From contig CAYVTB010000001.1 in NCBI GenBank assembly GCA_964454365.1, forward strand, positions 1 through 52,286: 52,286 nt of DNA, in the 5' to 3' direction. A model generated the notes under the pieces. It saw nothing but the letters and a program-made list of their open reading frames with translations, was not told where the DNA came from and searched no databases. Below are positions 38,871 through 49,445 of this stretch, piece by piece. Source of the DNA: an uncultured Bacteroides sp. GTDB taxonomy: Bacteria; Bacteroidota; Bacteroidia; Bacteroidales; Muribaculaceae. The position numbers and the translations under genes are program-made. Numbering within the stretch: the stretch's first letter is position 1; each line of letters starts with the position of its first letter.

Positions 38871-38921
38871 ACCATTGGAACAGGTTTAAGTCAAAAGAAG
38901 TAAAGGAACTAAGAAACATAA

Positions 38922-39344
38922 ATGGACAAGCAAAAAGATATACTCGAGCAAGTTAACCACAGGGACGGCATGACCGTCCCCGACGGCTACTTTGCCGACT
39001 TCAAGAGCCGCATGGCAGCTTCGCTGCCCGACAGGCCCGAGATCACCGGCACGGTGACAGCGCCAATGAGCCGCTGGCAGCGTGTAAGACCGTATGTCTA
39101 CATGGCTGCCATGTTTGCCGGTATCTGGTGCATGCTCAAGATGTTCACCATGCTCACGGCAACATCCTCCACTCCCCTGGAAAGCAATCCCGTGATTGCC
39201 GAGGCACTGTCCAACGAGGACTTTGTCAATGAATATGTCATCAGCGACATCAACCAATGGGACTACTATGACGAGCTCATGGAAGACGGCATTGACCCGG
39301 ACGCCTTGTGTGACTCCATCCTATCAATGAATATTAGTGAATAA
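38922..39344 (+). CDS. Putative single-pass anti-sigma factor
   Basis: VPDGYF N-terminal motif, one TM helix (YMAAMFAGIWCML) and an acidic C-terminus. Directly follows the ECF sigma gene. Confidence 0.65.
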   Translation: MDKQKDILEQVNHRDGMTVPDGYFADFKSRMAASLPDRPEITGTVTAPMSRWQRVRPYVYMAAMFAGIWCMLKMFTMLTATSSTPLESNPVIAEALSNEDFVNEYVISDINQWDYYDELMEDGIDPDALCDSILSMNISE

Positions 39345-39356
39345 CATTTTTACGGT

Positions 39357-39836
39357 ATGATCAAACGATTTACCTTATCGGCGGTATTGTTGCTCACGGC
39401 TCTTCTGAGTTGCAGTGTAGCGGCCCAGTCCAACCGCAGCGACGGCGACCGTCAACGGTGGTTAAACGAGATCAGAGGCTACAAGCATGAATTCATGGCC
39501 AAGGAGCTGAATCTCACCCGCGACCAGCAGAACGCGTTCTTCCCCCTTTACGACGAAATGGAAGATGAAGTCGAGCGACTCAACAGCGAAACCCGTGACC
39601 TTGAAAACTCGGTGAACGAAAATACTGACGCGAGCGAAGTCGAGATTGAAGCTGCCTCGCGCAAGGTATTTGAACTCAAGGAAGCCGAAGGCAAAATAGA
39701 GCTCAGATACTACGACAAGTTTAAAGAAATCCTGCAGCCGCGCCAGCTACTTCAGCTGAAAAACGCCGAGCGCCGTTTCACCCAGCAACTTGTCAACCGT
39801 CACCGGCGCATTCGGCCGCAGGGAAATCGTCCGTAA
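39357..39836 (+). CDS. Exported helical protein, Spy/CpxP-like
   Basis: Signal peptide, LNLT.DQ...FFPLY and ILQPRQLLQL motifs resembling LTxxQ repeats. Confidence 0.6.
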   Translation: MIKRFTLSAVLLLTALLSCSVAAQSNRSDGDRQRWLNEIRGYKHEFMAKELNLTRDQQNAFFPLYDEMEDEVERLNSETRDLENSVNENTDASEVEIEAASRKVFELKEAEGKIELRYYDKFKEILQPRQLLQLKNAERRFTQQLVNRHRRIRPQGNRP

Positions 39837-39852
39837 TATCTCTCTAAACCAT

Positions 39853-39893
39853 ACAAAGGCGGCGTGCATCTCAGTGATGCACGCCGCCTTTGT
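39853..39893. terminator. Bidirectional terminator (ECF module / ftsH)
   Basis: Perfect 18-bp stem ACAAAGGCGGCGTGCATC / GATGCACGCCGCCTTTGT with a 5-nt loop. Confidence 0.88.
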
Positions 39894-39908
39894 TGTTATG
39901 GTCTTTAA

Positions 39909-42002
39909 TCAGTTATCAGTTTTATTGTCTGTTTCAGGCTTGGAAGTATCCTGCGCTTCGGGTTGCTCCTTGGTAGAGTCAGACGTCTCGGTTGCAGCAG
40001 GTTCATCCTTCTTGGATTCATCTGTGGCTGGGACTTCCGTAGCTTCAACATCCTGAGGCTTGTTGCGGGGATCGAGAGCCAGGATTTCATCGGTGCGGCT
40101 CTTCCAGGGGCGTTCACCGAAGATATCAATTACATCCTGAGTGAAGATAACTTCGCGATTTACAAGAACATCCGTGAGCTTGCCATGACCTTCGGCATGT
40201 TTTCTGAGAATATCCTTTGCACGCTCATATTGCTCAGCTATGATACGCGACACTTCCTCGTCGATGATGCGGGCTCGTTCTTCAGAATAAGGCTTGGTGA
40301 AGCCATAGGACTGGCCTGACGAATCATAGTAAGAAAGGTTGGGCAGGCGGTCACTCATACCATAATAGACAATCATGGCATAGGCCTGCTTTGTAACGCG
40401 CTCAAGGTCATTGGCGGCGCCGGTTGAAATGCGGCCGAGGAATAATTCTTCCGCAGCGCGGCCGCCGAGAGTGGCGCAGATTTCATCGAGAATAACCTGG
40501 GAAGGCGTAATCTGGCGCTCCTCGGGGAGATACCAGGCTGCGCCGAGGGCCTTTCCGCGCGGAACTATAGTTACTTTCACCAGAGGATTGGCATAGCGCA
40601 GATGCCATGAAACGGTCGCATGGCCGGCTTCGTGAATTGCGATTGAACGCTTTTCCTCAGCAGTTGTGATCTTGTTGCGTTTCTCAAGACCACCGATGAT
40701 ACGGTCAACAGCAGCCGAGAAATCCTCCTTGGTGACAACAGGCTTGTTATTGCGCGCGGCGATAAGGGCCGCCTCATTACAAACATTGGCAATATCGGCA
40801 CCCGAGAAACCCGGAGTCTGGCGGGCGAGCAGGTCTATATCGAGAGAATCATCGGTCTTGATCTTGCGCAGATGTACCTTAAATATAGCGACACGGTCGG
40901 GAAGGTCGGGAAGATCCACATAAATCTGACGGTCAAAACGGCCGGCACGCATGAGGGCCTTATCAAGAATATCGGCACGGTTGGTTGCCGCAAGAATAAT
41001 TACACCACTGTTGGAACCGAAACCGTCCATCTCGGTAAGGAGCTGGTTCAGTGTGTTCTCACGCTCATCGTTGGAGCCCATGTTAGCGTTGCGTCCACGG
41101 GCACGGCCCACGGCATCGATTTCATCGATAAACACGATACAAGGCGCTTTTTCCTTGGCCTGTCGGAAAAGATCGCGCACACGCGAAGCGCCGACACCGA
41201 CAAACATTTCAACAAAATCGCTACCCGACATCGAGAAGAAAGGCACATTAGCCTCGCCTGCCACAGCCTTGGCAAGCAGAGTCTTACCTGTTCCGGGAGG
41301 ACCTACAAGAAGCGCGCCCTTGGGTATCTTGCCACCAAGGTCGGTATAGCGTGAAGGATTCTTAAGGAACTCAACAATTTCCTCAATTTCTGTCTTGGCC
41401 TCAGACAAGCCGGCCACATCCTTGAATGTCACCTTGTTGGCATTATTCTTGTCAAAGAGCATAGCCTTGGACTTGCCGACAGAGAAGACGCCGCCTGCTC
41501 CGCCGCCGCCACCGGCACCGCCACTCATGCGTCGCATGATCCATATCCATGCAATAATCAGAATGACAATCGGAGCGAGCGAGAACAGGAACGAGCTAAG
41601 CTGGCTACTACGCTCATACTTGACATCGCCGTCAAAAACACCTGCATCCTTCCACTCGTCAATTTTGGAGGAGAACTTGTCGGCCGAGGGTATATCGGTC
41701 ACAATCTTGGCTTTAACGGGATTTTCGCCAAGGCGGTCGGCAAAAATCTTCTTGGCCATCTCGGGTGTCAGCACACCCTCGGCCTCGCGCTTGTCGCTGT
41801 AGACGACTATTTCACTGACGCCTTTCTGCTCTACATATTTCTCAAAATCAGAGTAGCTCACAGTGCGGGAGACCGATGTATCATCAAGGTAGTAAATACC
41901 TCCTAAAAACACGAAAACAATAGCATACATCCACCAGAGGTTGATGCTGAACGGGCGCTTCTTGCGTCCAGGACCCGGGGTATTGGGGTTTTGATTTGCC
42001 AT
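39909..42002 (-). CDS. ftsH: ATP-dependent zinc metalloprotease FtsH
   Basis: Two TM segments, [16 protein letters not shown] motif RAGRFDR and HEAGH. Confidence 0.98.
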   Translation of the reverse strand: MANQNPNTPGPGRKKRPFSINLWWMYAIVFVFLGGIYYLDDTSVSRTVSYSDFEKYVEQKGVSEIVVYSDKREAEGVLTPEMAKKIFADRLGENPVKAKIVTDIPSADKFSSKIDEWKDAGVFDGDVKYERSSQLSSFLFSLAPIVILIIAWIWIMRRMSGGAGGGGGAGGVFSVGKSKAMLFDKNNANKVTFKDVAGLSEAKTEIEEIVEFLKNPSRYTDLGGKIPKGALLVGPPGTGKTLLAKAVAGEANVPFFSMSGSDFVEMFVGVGASRVRDLFRQAKEKAPCIVFIDEIDAVGRARGRNANMGSNDERENTLNQLLTEMDGFGSNSGVIILAATNRADILDKALMRAGRFDRQIYVDLPDLPDRVAIFKVHLRKIKTDDSLDIDLLARQTPGFSGADIANVCNEAALIAARNNKPVVTKEDFSAAVDRIIGGLEKRNKITTAEEKRSIAIHEAGHATVSWHLRYANPLVKVTIVPRGKALGAAWYLPEERQITPSQVILDEICATLGGRAAEELFLGRISTGAANDLERVTKQAYAMIVYYGMSDRLPNLSYYDSSGQSYGFTKPYSEERARIIDEEVSRIIAEQYERAKDILRKHAEGHGKLTDVLVNREVIFTQDVIDIFGERPWKSRTDEILALDPRNKPQDVEATEVPATDESKKDEPAATETSDSTKEQPEAQDTSKPETDNKTDN

Positions 42003-42043
42003 AAAAGGGTATCTGTATTAAGTATCGACAGTTGTTCTGCTGA

Positions 42044-42409
42044 TCAGTCAAGATCGGGAATATCGGTTATAACGGCGTCGCTCCACAGTTCCTCGAGGTT
42101 ATAGTGGCGGCGCGTCTCGGGAAGGAAGATATGAATCCACACATCGCCGTAGTCCATTACTATCCACTCGGAATTCTTAAATCCATCGGTGTTATAGGGC
42201 TTTATGCCCCCCTCCTCCCTGAGGCGCTCTTCAAGATGATCAGCGATACTGCTCACCTGCGTGGTTGAATTACCCTCTGCGATAACAAAGAGCGATGCCG
42301 AGGCTCCGGGAATTTCGGAAAGATCTAATAATGTGATGGCATGACCTTTACGGTCGCGTATTGCGTCTATGATAAGTTCGCGGTTGTCTGTCTTTTTCTG
42401 TGATGTCAT
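42044..42409 (-). CDS. rsfS: Ribosome silencing factor
   Basis: WIVMDYGDVWIHIF...R.HYNLEELW. Start at ATG 42409 is supported by TATATTTG at 42431-42438. Confidence 0.95.
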   Translation of the reverse strand: MTSQKKTDNRELIIDAIRDRKGHAITLLDLSEIPGASASLFVIAEGNSTTQVSSIADHLEERLREEGGIKPYNTDGFKNSEWIVMDYGDVWIHIFLPETRRHYNLEELWSDAVITDIPDLD

Positions 42410-42534
42410 TAAAAAAGTGGTTTTCGGGGGCAAATATACAAATTTTTCCTCGTTAAAGCTAACGCAGAAAAGGTCTTTTATAAAATGTAACAATTAAGCC
42501 GGCCAAAAAGATTGCTTACCCCGGGATGCAATTT

Positions 42535-43776
42535 TTATTCGTAGCGCATTGTGGAAGCGGGATCAATGCGGGCGGCGAGGCGCGCCGGAAGGATAAGAAT
42601 GAGCCATGTGCCGACCATCACACCGATATTCAGCAACACGAACAACAGCCAGGGGAATTCCACAGGCACATAGGAAAGATAATACATCTCGGGATCAAGC
42701 GGGATGAAATGGGTGAAGTATTGCACCGCAGCAACTCCAAGGCCAAGGATATTACCAATCAATAATCCGCGCCCCACAAGACGCATCGCCATGTTGATGA
42801 AAATGTGGCTCACAGCTGTGCTTGAAGCGCCGATAGCCCTCAATATGCCTATCGTGGAAACATGGTCCAAAATAAGGATAAACAGGCTGGAAATAAGTGT
42901 AAACACTGCAACACAAAGCAACAGGGCGAGAATAACAACAACATTTGTATCAAGCAGATCGAGCCAGGTCAGATACATCTGCCCTCTCTCGGTGATGTCA
43001 GTTACAGGATGAATACGCGAAAGGGTTCCGGAAGCGGCAGCCTTCGTAATGGCCTCATTAATTTTAGCTGCAACCTTGGGCGCGTCGTCGATAGTTACGT
43101 TTTCGATATCAAGAGAAGTCACTCCGAGAGAATCGCTCAACGACTGCATGGTCGGGAACGGAACATAAATAACCGAGCTGTCAAATTCTCCGAAAGACGA
43201 ATCATAGAGACCGGAAATCACTACACGACGAGCCTTAACGCGCCCGTCAACAAAGAAATAAAGGAAAACCTTGTCACCTAATCCGACTTTCATGCGAGAT
43301 GAAATTGTCTCGGAGATGACCACGCTGTCGCCTGATGCTGTCATGTCGGGCCAATGGCCTGCGATGACATTCTCGCGTTCAAAGCTGTCATCGTGCGCAG
43401 CATCGTGGGATAGACATTCAACGGCCACGAAATTATCATCGGTCTTGAGTATAGCCCTGCGGGTCACCGACTTGACAATCTTGCAATCCGGAGCAGCCTC
43501 TTCTATTAACTGCAGCAAATGAGGCTCGGCCGTCATCTCGGCATCGAGCATCCTGGTAGCATAATTATAACCGGGCAAGATAGAGACTGGAGCCTCGAAG
43601 CCCGCAAGCTTGCGACGTATCTCACGTTTGAAACCGACGGAAACCGCAATGCTGAGTTCCATGACCATCAAAGCCAATGCAACACCCGCGACGGCGATGA
43701 CCGCTCCGGTTGCTGCACCGGCAGTCGCTCCCTGTCGCAGGCTCATACGCCTTGATATCCAGTAGGAAAACTTCAT
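42535..43776 (-). CDS. LolC/E-like ABC transporter permease (FtsX family)
   Basis: TM1, a large periplasmic domain, then three TMs. IGILRAIGAS and DPEMYYLSYVP. Promoter TTTG-N20-TAACTTTG at 43867-43836. Confidence 0.88.
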   Translation of the reverse strand: MKFSYWISRRMSLRQGATAGAATGAVIAVAGVALALMVMELSIAVSVGFKREIRRKLAGFEAPVSILPGYNYATRMLDAEMTAEPHLLQLIEEAAPDCKIVKSVTRRAILKTDDNFVAVECLSHDAAHDDSFERENVIAGHWPDMTASGDSVVISETISSRMKVGLGDKVFLYFFVDGRVKARRVVISGLYDSSFGEFDSSVIYVPFPTMQSLSDSLGVTSLDIENVTIDDAPKVAAKINEAITKAAASGTLSRIHPVTDITERGQMYLTWLDLLDTNVVVILALLLCVAVFTLISSLFILILDHVSTIGILRAIGASSTAVSHIFINMAMRLVGRGLLIGNILGLGVAAVQYFTHFIPLDPEMYYLSYVPVEFPWLLFVLLNIGVMVGTWLILILPARLAARIDPASTMRYE

Positions 43777-43978
43777 TTATAATAAGCTCATTTTGGCGGT
43801 TACGGAACGCGATTCCGGGTGCCGCAATCGGTTCACAAAGTTAAGGCTTCTTAGGCGGCTCACCAAATTTTTACAGTTACAGAACTTTTACAGAATACTT
43901 ACAAATCGGTATTTTGAGGCCCGGGAGTAGAATAATTTGCAGAAATCGGGATAAATTGTGAACTTTGCAACTCTAAAG

Positions 43979-46360
43979 ATGCTACTGTCGCAACTGAAAA
44001 CCGGCCAGCGTGCCATCGTGGTGAAAATTCTGGGCCACGGTGCCTTCCGCAAGCGCGTAATCGAAATGGGTTTCGTGCGCGGTCGCGAAGTGAAGGTTGA
44101 GCTGTCGGCCCCCCTGAAAGACCCTATAAAATATGAGATTCTCGGCTACAGCATCTCTTTGAGAAGGTCCGAGGCCGAGATGATCGAGGTCGAGCCTCTT
44201 GATAGCGAACAGGCCCCGGGGAACGGAAACGCCAAGTCTCACGGAACGACAGATGCCGAGGAACCGGCGCAGACCCGCGCCTCAGAAGCCGGGCGCATAA
44301 TTAATGTGGCGCTCGTCGGGAATCCCAACTGTGGTAAAACCTCGCTTTACAACCGCATGGCGGGGGCGACCGAGCATGTGGGGAATTACAGCGGGGTAAC
44401 TGTCGACATCAAGAAAACCACCTTCAAATATGGCGATTACACGATAAGGCTGGTCGACCTTCCCGGCACCTATTCCCTGTCGGCCTATACCCCCGAAGAG
44501 TTGTATGTGCGACGGTATCTGCGTGACGAACTGCCCGATCTTGTGTTGAACGTAGTTGACGCTTCCAATCTTGAACGCAATCTTTACCTTTCCACCGAGC
44601 TTATCGATATGAACATCCCGATGGTGATTGCGCTCAACATGTATGACGAGCTGCGTGCCACCGGCGCGAAGCTCGACTACAAAATGCTTGGCGAGATGAT
44701 CGGCGTCCCGATGGTCCCGGTGGTAGCGCGCAACGGTAAGGGTATCGACCGCCTCAAGGAAACAATAATCAAGGTCTACGAAGGAAGACACGACGCCGTG
44801 CGCCATGTCCACGTCAAACTTGATCCCGATACTGAAGAAGCCGTCAGGGTACTCGTGGACATCATCAAGAAGGACAACTCTATAGGCCATCGTTTCTCGC
44901 CCCGTTTCCTGGCCATTAAACTTCTCGAGGGCGACCGCGTCATCGACGGAATCCTTGAACCTACCGACTGCTACGGGCAGTTAATAAAGGAGCGTGATAC
45001 TCTTCGTGCCGCTCTCGAGCGATTGAAGCAGGAAGATATCACCTCGGCAATCGCTGCTCACAAATATGGCTTTATAGCGGGTGCGCTTGCTGAAACTTAC
45101 ACGCCGGGAGAAGATGCCGGACACCACTCGTCGTCTCTCATCGACAAAATCGTCACCAACAAGCTCCTCGGCTTCCCTCTGTTTCTCGCCGTGATGTTTA
45201 CAATGTTCTGGGCTACATTCTTCCTGGGTCAATACCCTATGGACTGGATTCAGAGCGGGGTCGACGCATTGAGCCATCTCACCGCAACTTATCTTCCCGA
45301 CGGAATTCTGAAGGACCTTATCTCCGACGGCATCATAGGTGGCGTCGGAGGCGTGATTGTCTTCCTCCCCAATATCCTTATCCTATATTTTTTCATCTCT
45401 TTTATGGAGGATTCGGGATATATGGCCCGCGCGGCGTTCATAATGGACAGGATCATGCACCGCATAGGCCTTCACGGAAAGTCTTTTATACCTCTTGTCA
45501 TGGGGTTTGGCTGCAATGTCCCGGCAATTCTCGCCACTCGCGCCATTGAAAGCCGGTCGAGCCGCCTGATTACGATTCTGATCAATCCTTTCATGTCCTG
45601 CTCGGCGCGACTGCCGATTTATGTCCTTTTTATAGGAACATTTTTCTATAGCTATGCAGCCTGGATTTTCATGGGCTTGTATCTCACCGGTATCCTGGCT
45701 GCAATAATCACGGCCAAGATACTGAGAAAGGTAGCGTTTCACAAGGATGAGACGCCCTTTGTGATGGAGCTTCCGCCCTACCGCATGCCTACCGTGCATG
45801 CAATGGCACGCCACACCTGGTCCAAGGGTGTGCAGTATCTCAAAAAAATGGGGGGCATCATCCTCTTCGCCTCAATAATCGTGTGGGCCCTGAATTATTT
45901 TCCTCATCATGAACGGGATAATTCCACGGCTGCAACCCGCAGCATTGACCTGTCTCATGACTCTTACCTCGAAATGGCCGGCAAGGCTATCAATCCTGCC
46001 ATGGAGCCGCTGGGGTTCGGCTGGCGCGCCACTGTAGCCGCTCTTGCAGGCGTCCCTGCCAAGGAAATCATCGTCTCCACCCTCGGAGTGCTTTACACTA
46101 ACAATGAAGCTGTCGATGACACTACACTCGGAAAGAAGCTCGAGACACCGGGCCCTAGTGGCAAACCCGACTTCACTCCGGCGGTCGCCTTGAGTTTTCT
46201 TGTGTTCGTTCTCCTGTATTGTCCTTGCCTGGCAACGGTAACCGCTATCGTGAAAGAAACCGGAACATGGAAGTGGGGGGCGTTCAGCGTCATTTATAAT
46301 ACTGCCGTTGCGTGGTTGGCAGCCTTTATCGTTTACCGCATAGCTTTGATTTTCTTATGA
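43979..46360 (+). CDS. feoB: Ferrous iron transporter, FeoA-FeoB fusion
   Basis: N-terminal FeoA domain (KRVIEMG..APLKDP..SLRRSEA), GNPNCGKT, DLPG, NMYD, GFGCNVP, FMSCSAR and LYCPC. Confidence 0.97.
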   Translation: MLLSQLKTGQRAIVVKILGHGAFRKRVIEMGFVRGREVKVELSAPLKDPIKYEILGYSISLRRSEAEMIEVEPLDSEQAPGNGNAKSHGTTDAEEPAQTRASEAGRIINVALVGNPNCGKTSLYNRMAGATEHVGNYSGVTVDIKKTTFKYGDYTIRLVDLPGTYSLSAYTPEELYVRRYLRDELPDLVLNVVDASNLERNLYLSTELIDMNIPMVIALNMYDELRATGAKLDYKMLGEMIGVPMVPVVARNGKGIDRLKETIIKVYEGRHDAVRHVHVKLDPDTEEAVRVLVDIIKKDNSIGHRFSPRFLAIKLLEGDRVIDGILEPTDCYGQLIKERDTLRAALERLKQEDITSAIAAHKYGFIAGALAETYTPGEDAGHHSSSLIDKIVTNKLLGFPLFLAVMFTMFWATFFLGQYPMDWIQSGVDALSHLTATYLPDGILKDLISDGIIGGVGGVIVFLPNILILYFFISFMEDSGYMARAAFIMDRIMHRIGLHGKSFIPLVMGFGCNVPAILATRAIESRSSRLITILINPFMSCSARLPIYVLFIGTFFYSYAAWIFMGLYLTGILAAIITAKILRKVAFHKDETPFVMELPPYRMPTVHAMARHTWSKGVQYLKKMGGIILFASIIVWALNYFPHHERDNSTAATRSIDLSHDSYLEMAGKAINPAMEPLGFGWRATVAALAGVPAKEIIVSTLGVLYTNNEAVDDTTLGKKLETPGPSGKPDFTPAVALSFLVFVLLYCPCLATVTAIVKETGTWKWGAFSVIYNTAVAWLAAFIVYRIALIFL

Positions 46361-47775
46361 ACGACCTCAAGCACATCGTCGAGACTATTGCAACAGTGTG
46401 CAGCGACAGCATTTTGGTTCCCCTTTTGCTGATTATCGCCTTGTATTTTACCTTCGCAACCCGTGGAGTACAGTTCACAATGATACGCGAGATGCTGAGA
46501 TTGCTTGTGACCTCCGGAAAACGCGAAGGAGAAAAGCCCTCGGACGGTCACAAGGGAGTAAGTTCATTTCAGGCGTTCGCTATCTCGATAGCTTCGCGTG
46601 TCGGGACCGGCAACCTTGCAGGCGTGGCAAGCGCCATAGCTATCGGAGGTCCGGGTGCGGTTTTCTGGATGTGGATCATAGCCTTGCTGGGCGCTGCGAG
46701 CGCTTTTGTTGAATCGACGCTCGCGCAATTATACAAGGTCAAGGGTGACAAATCTTTCCGAGGAGGACCGGCCTATTACATCCTGCATGGTCTTCATTGC
46801 CGCCCTTGGGCGATAGTTTTTGCCGTGCTCATAACACTGACTTTCGGTTTTGCGTTCAATAGCGTCCAGGCCAATACGATTGCCGACGCCATGTATGAAT
46901 CTTTCGGCATCCCGTCGTGGATTGTCGCCGTGTCTCTCACAGTCCTCACCCTTCTGATTATATGCGGAGGTATCACACGCATCTCCCAATTCAGCCAATG
47001 GGTGGTCCCGGTGATGGCGATAGCCTATATAATTCTGGCTCTTGTGGTAGTGATTATCAACATTGGTGAAGTGCCCCGCGTGCTTGCGCTCATCGTGGAA
47101 AACGCTTTCGGTTTTGACCAGGCTCTTGGAGGAACTCTCGGGGCAGCGATGGTCATGGGTATAAAACGGGGCTTGTTCAGCAACGAGGCCGGCGAGGGAT
47201 CAACGCCCAACGCAGCTGCGACTGCCGATGTTTCACATCCTGTAAAACAAGGTCTGATACAGGCCCTCGGTGTTTACACCGACACCTTGATTATCTGCTC
47301 TTGCACGGCTTTCATTATTCTTTGCAGCGGCCTCTATCTCGAAGGCCACGACGGCATCGTCCTCACGCAGCGCGCAATCGATGCCGGGCTGGGAACCGAC
47401 ACCCATCTCGGCTCTCTCTTCGTTTCGATTGCCATCTTTTTCTTCGCTTTTACCAGCATCGTTGCCAATTATTACTACGGCGAGACCAACATACAGTTCA
47501 TCACGCGTAAAAAGGGTGTTATAACTGTCTATCGAGTGCTCGTAGGTGCTATTGTCTTCACCGGCGCACTGGCTTCGCTTGATTTAGTCTGGGGCTTCGC
47601 CGATATAACCATGGCTCTCATGACGCTGTGCAACCTCGGCGCTATCGTGGCGCTTTCTCCCTATGTGAGGGTACTTCTCGAAGATTACCGCCGGCAGCGC
47701 CGTCTCGGCGACCCGGTTTATCGCCGCTCGACCCTTCCAAAGATAGCCGGGGATACACCCTGCTGGCCCGACTAA
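46357..47775 (+). CDS. Alanine/glycine:cation symporter (AGCS family)
   Basis: RVGTGNLAGVA, GGPGAVFWMW, GGPAYY and RGLFSNEAG. ATG 46357 overlaps the feoB stop (ATGA). Confidence 0.95.
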   Translation: MNDLKHIVETIATVCSDSILVPLLLIIALYFTFATRGVQFTMIREMLRLLVTSGKREGEKPSDGHKGVSSFQAFAISIASRVGTGNLAGVASAIAIGGPGAVFWMWIIALLGAASAFVESTLAQLYKVKGDKSFRGGPAYYILHGLHCRPWAIVFAVLITLTFGFAFNSVQANTIADAMYESFGIPSWIVAVSLTVLTLLIICGGITRISQFSQWVVPVMAIAYIILALVVVIINIGEVPRVLALIVENAFGFDQALGGTLGAAMVMGIKRGLFSNEAGEGSTPNAAATADVSHPVKQGLIQALGVYTDTLIICSCTAFIILCSGLYLEGHDGIVLTQRAIDAGLGTDTHLGSLFVSIAIFFFAFTSIVANYYYGETNIQFITRKKGVITVYRVLVGAIVFTGALASLDLVWGFADITMALMTLCNLGAIVALSPYVRVLLEDYRRQRRLGDPVYRRSTLPKIAGDTPCWPD

Positions 47776-48602
47776 TCTTTCTTGCGGTCACGCTGCCTGT
47801 CGGCCAGGCGTTGCCATGATACCGACTCCTTGATGCACTTCTCTATCTCATCCTCCGAGCGTCCTTCCTCAAGTGCGCGGCTACTGTACATGTCGGCAAT
47901 AGCGGCTGCAGCTTCCCACATTCCGAAATCATAGGCGTCTTCATAATACTTCCGCGCGAGCCTGAAGGAAGGATTGCAACCGATCCCCCTTGAAAGCAGG
48001 GATGCGTGACGGAACGAATAATTATATGGATCCTTTACCACAGCTTCAAGCGACCAGCGATAGCAAAGTTCATTAGTCTCGTAATCCTGAAAGTCAAATG
48101 CCTCGGCGCGGTCCCAATAATAATCGCTCAACTTGGTTGTAGCTTCGATATTATCATCAGCGATTGCTTCGTAGTGTTCCAGAGCGATGTCAGGATCTCC
48201 TCCGCGGGCACTGTCCATGAAATAATCCCCGAGCCACATGTGGGCCGGCTCGGCCCATGAGCTCGTGGTTGCAGCGCAACGCTCCATAAATCTTTCCGCA
48301 TCGTAATGATCATATTTTTGACGCGGGCCACCGAAAGCCTGATCGGGCGTCTCGATGTTCTCGCACATATATCCTAAAAGATAAAGGGCAACTCCTTCAT
48401 CATGCTCTGCTGCGCGCTCAGCATACTCAAAGGCTTTGTCAAAGTTGACATTGACACCAACGCCGTCGTGGTAGGCCAGAGCCATCAGGCCGTCACGTTC
48501 CGGACCGTCGGGTGCATCGAACACAAGACGGAAGGCTTCAAGCCTTGCATCAGACGACTTTCCGTCGCCAAATATTTCCCAAAATTTCTCGGAAAGATTC
48601 AT
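47772..48602 (-). CDS. Sel1-like repeat protein
   Basis: LAYHDGVGVNVNFDKAFEY and LSRGIGCNPSFRLARKYY repeats. No signal peptide. Confidence 0.75.
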   Translation of the reverse strand: MNLSEKFWEIFGDGKSSDARLEAFRLVFDAPDGPERDGLMALAYHDGVGVNVNFDKAFEYAERAAEHDEGVALYLLGYMCENIETPDQAFGGPRQKYDHYDAERFMERCAATTSSWAEPAHMWLGDYFMDSARGGDPDIALEHYEAIADDNIEATTKLSDYYWDRAEAFDFQDYETNELCYRWSLEAVVKDPYNYSFRHASLLSRGIGCNPSFRLARKYYEDAYDFGMWEAAAAIADMYSSRALEEGRSEDEIEKCIKESVSWQRLADRQRDRKKD

Positions 48603-48614
48603 AGTGCTAAAAAT

Positions 48615-49445
48615 TCAATCAAACATAACCCCGGGATTCATCGCATGAGGGGAATGCCACTCGATGCCGTAGGCCTCGCGCAAGAGGCGTTCCTTTTCAC
48701 GCCAGTACCTGAAACAGAAACCCATGCGACGAGGCTCGTCGGCAAGCAGGCGATCGAGTTCATCCGATACATCATAATATATCTGTTCCCAACGCTCGGT
48801 AAATTCCACCGGATCGGCACGCAGGTGCCCTACCCTGGGATTGAGAATAATATCAAGTAATTCTTCCGGTAAAAATATGTCGGATAGCTCTGCCGAAGGC
48901 ATGTAATGATCATAAGGATCGGAGCCGCCGGTCAGTACTGTCAGTGCCAGATATCTCTTGATTTTCCGCTTAAGAGGCCTCAGGGACTTACCCTCTCTCA
49001 CTCGCAGTCTGATAAGCTCCTGCATCACACGGATATAATCGCGATGATAAACAGTGTCGGCAAGCACGTCGGCCATGCGGCTGTAAGCATCGCCCAGTGT
49101 CTCGGAATCAATCTCACGGGAGTTGACTGCGGCATTTAACATCTTCCGGGCCAACAACCCTATAGGTCTGTAACGTTCGAGATTGGAATAGGCTTCGGCA
49201 AGAAGCACGCAGGCGAAGATCATGTCGGGAGCATCAACCGCCCCGGCACCCTCCAGCAATTCTATTATTGTCTCATAGATCAAAGCACAGATTTCAGCAT
49301 CGGTGTTTTCGTCAACATTATCGTCGGCCTCATCATGGTCTCCATCTTCCGCCAGAGCCTGCAGCCTTTCGATACGTTCCTCAAGCTTTATGTCGGCATC
49401 TGCCACGATATCAGCGACCTTTTCCCTTATTTCATCCAAATTCAT
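48615..49445 (-). CDS. Hypothetical protein (helical N-terminus, compact C-terminal DPVE...MNP..FD domain)
   Basis: Long ORF in tandem with the Sel1 gene. Start at ATG 49445 is supported by TATCTTTG at 49464-49471. Confidence 0.75.
   Translation of the reverse strand: MNLDEIREKVADIVADADIKLEERIERLQALAEDGDHDEADDNVDENTDAEICALIYETIIELLEGAGAVDAPDMIFACVLLAEAYSNLERYRPIGLLARKMLNAAVNSREIDSETLGDAYSRMADVLADTVYHRDYIRVMQELIRLRVREGKSLRPLKRKIKRYLALTVLTGGSDPYDHYMPSAELSDIFLPEELLDIILNPRVGHLRADPVEFTERWEQIYYDVSDELDRLLADEPRRMGFCFRYWREKERLLREAYGIEWHSPHAMNPGVMFD

Noticed and set aside
43979-44200. FeoA fused to FeoB
   Set aside because: Common architecture in Bacteroidetes and not novel.
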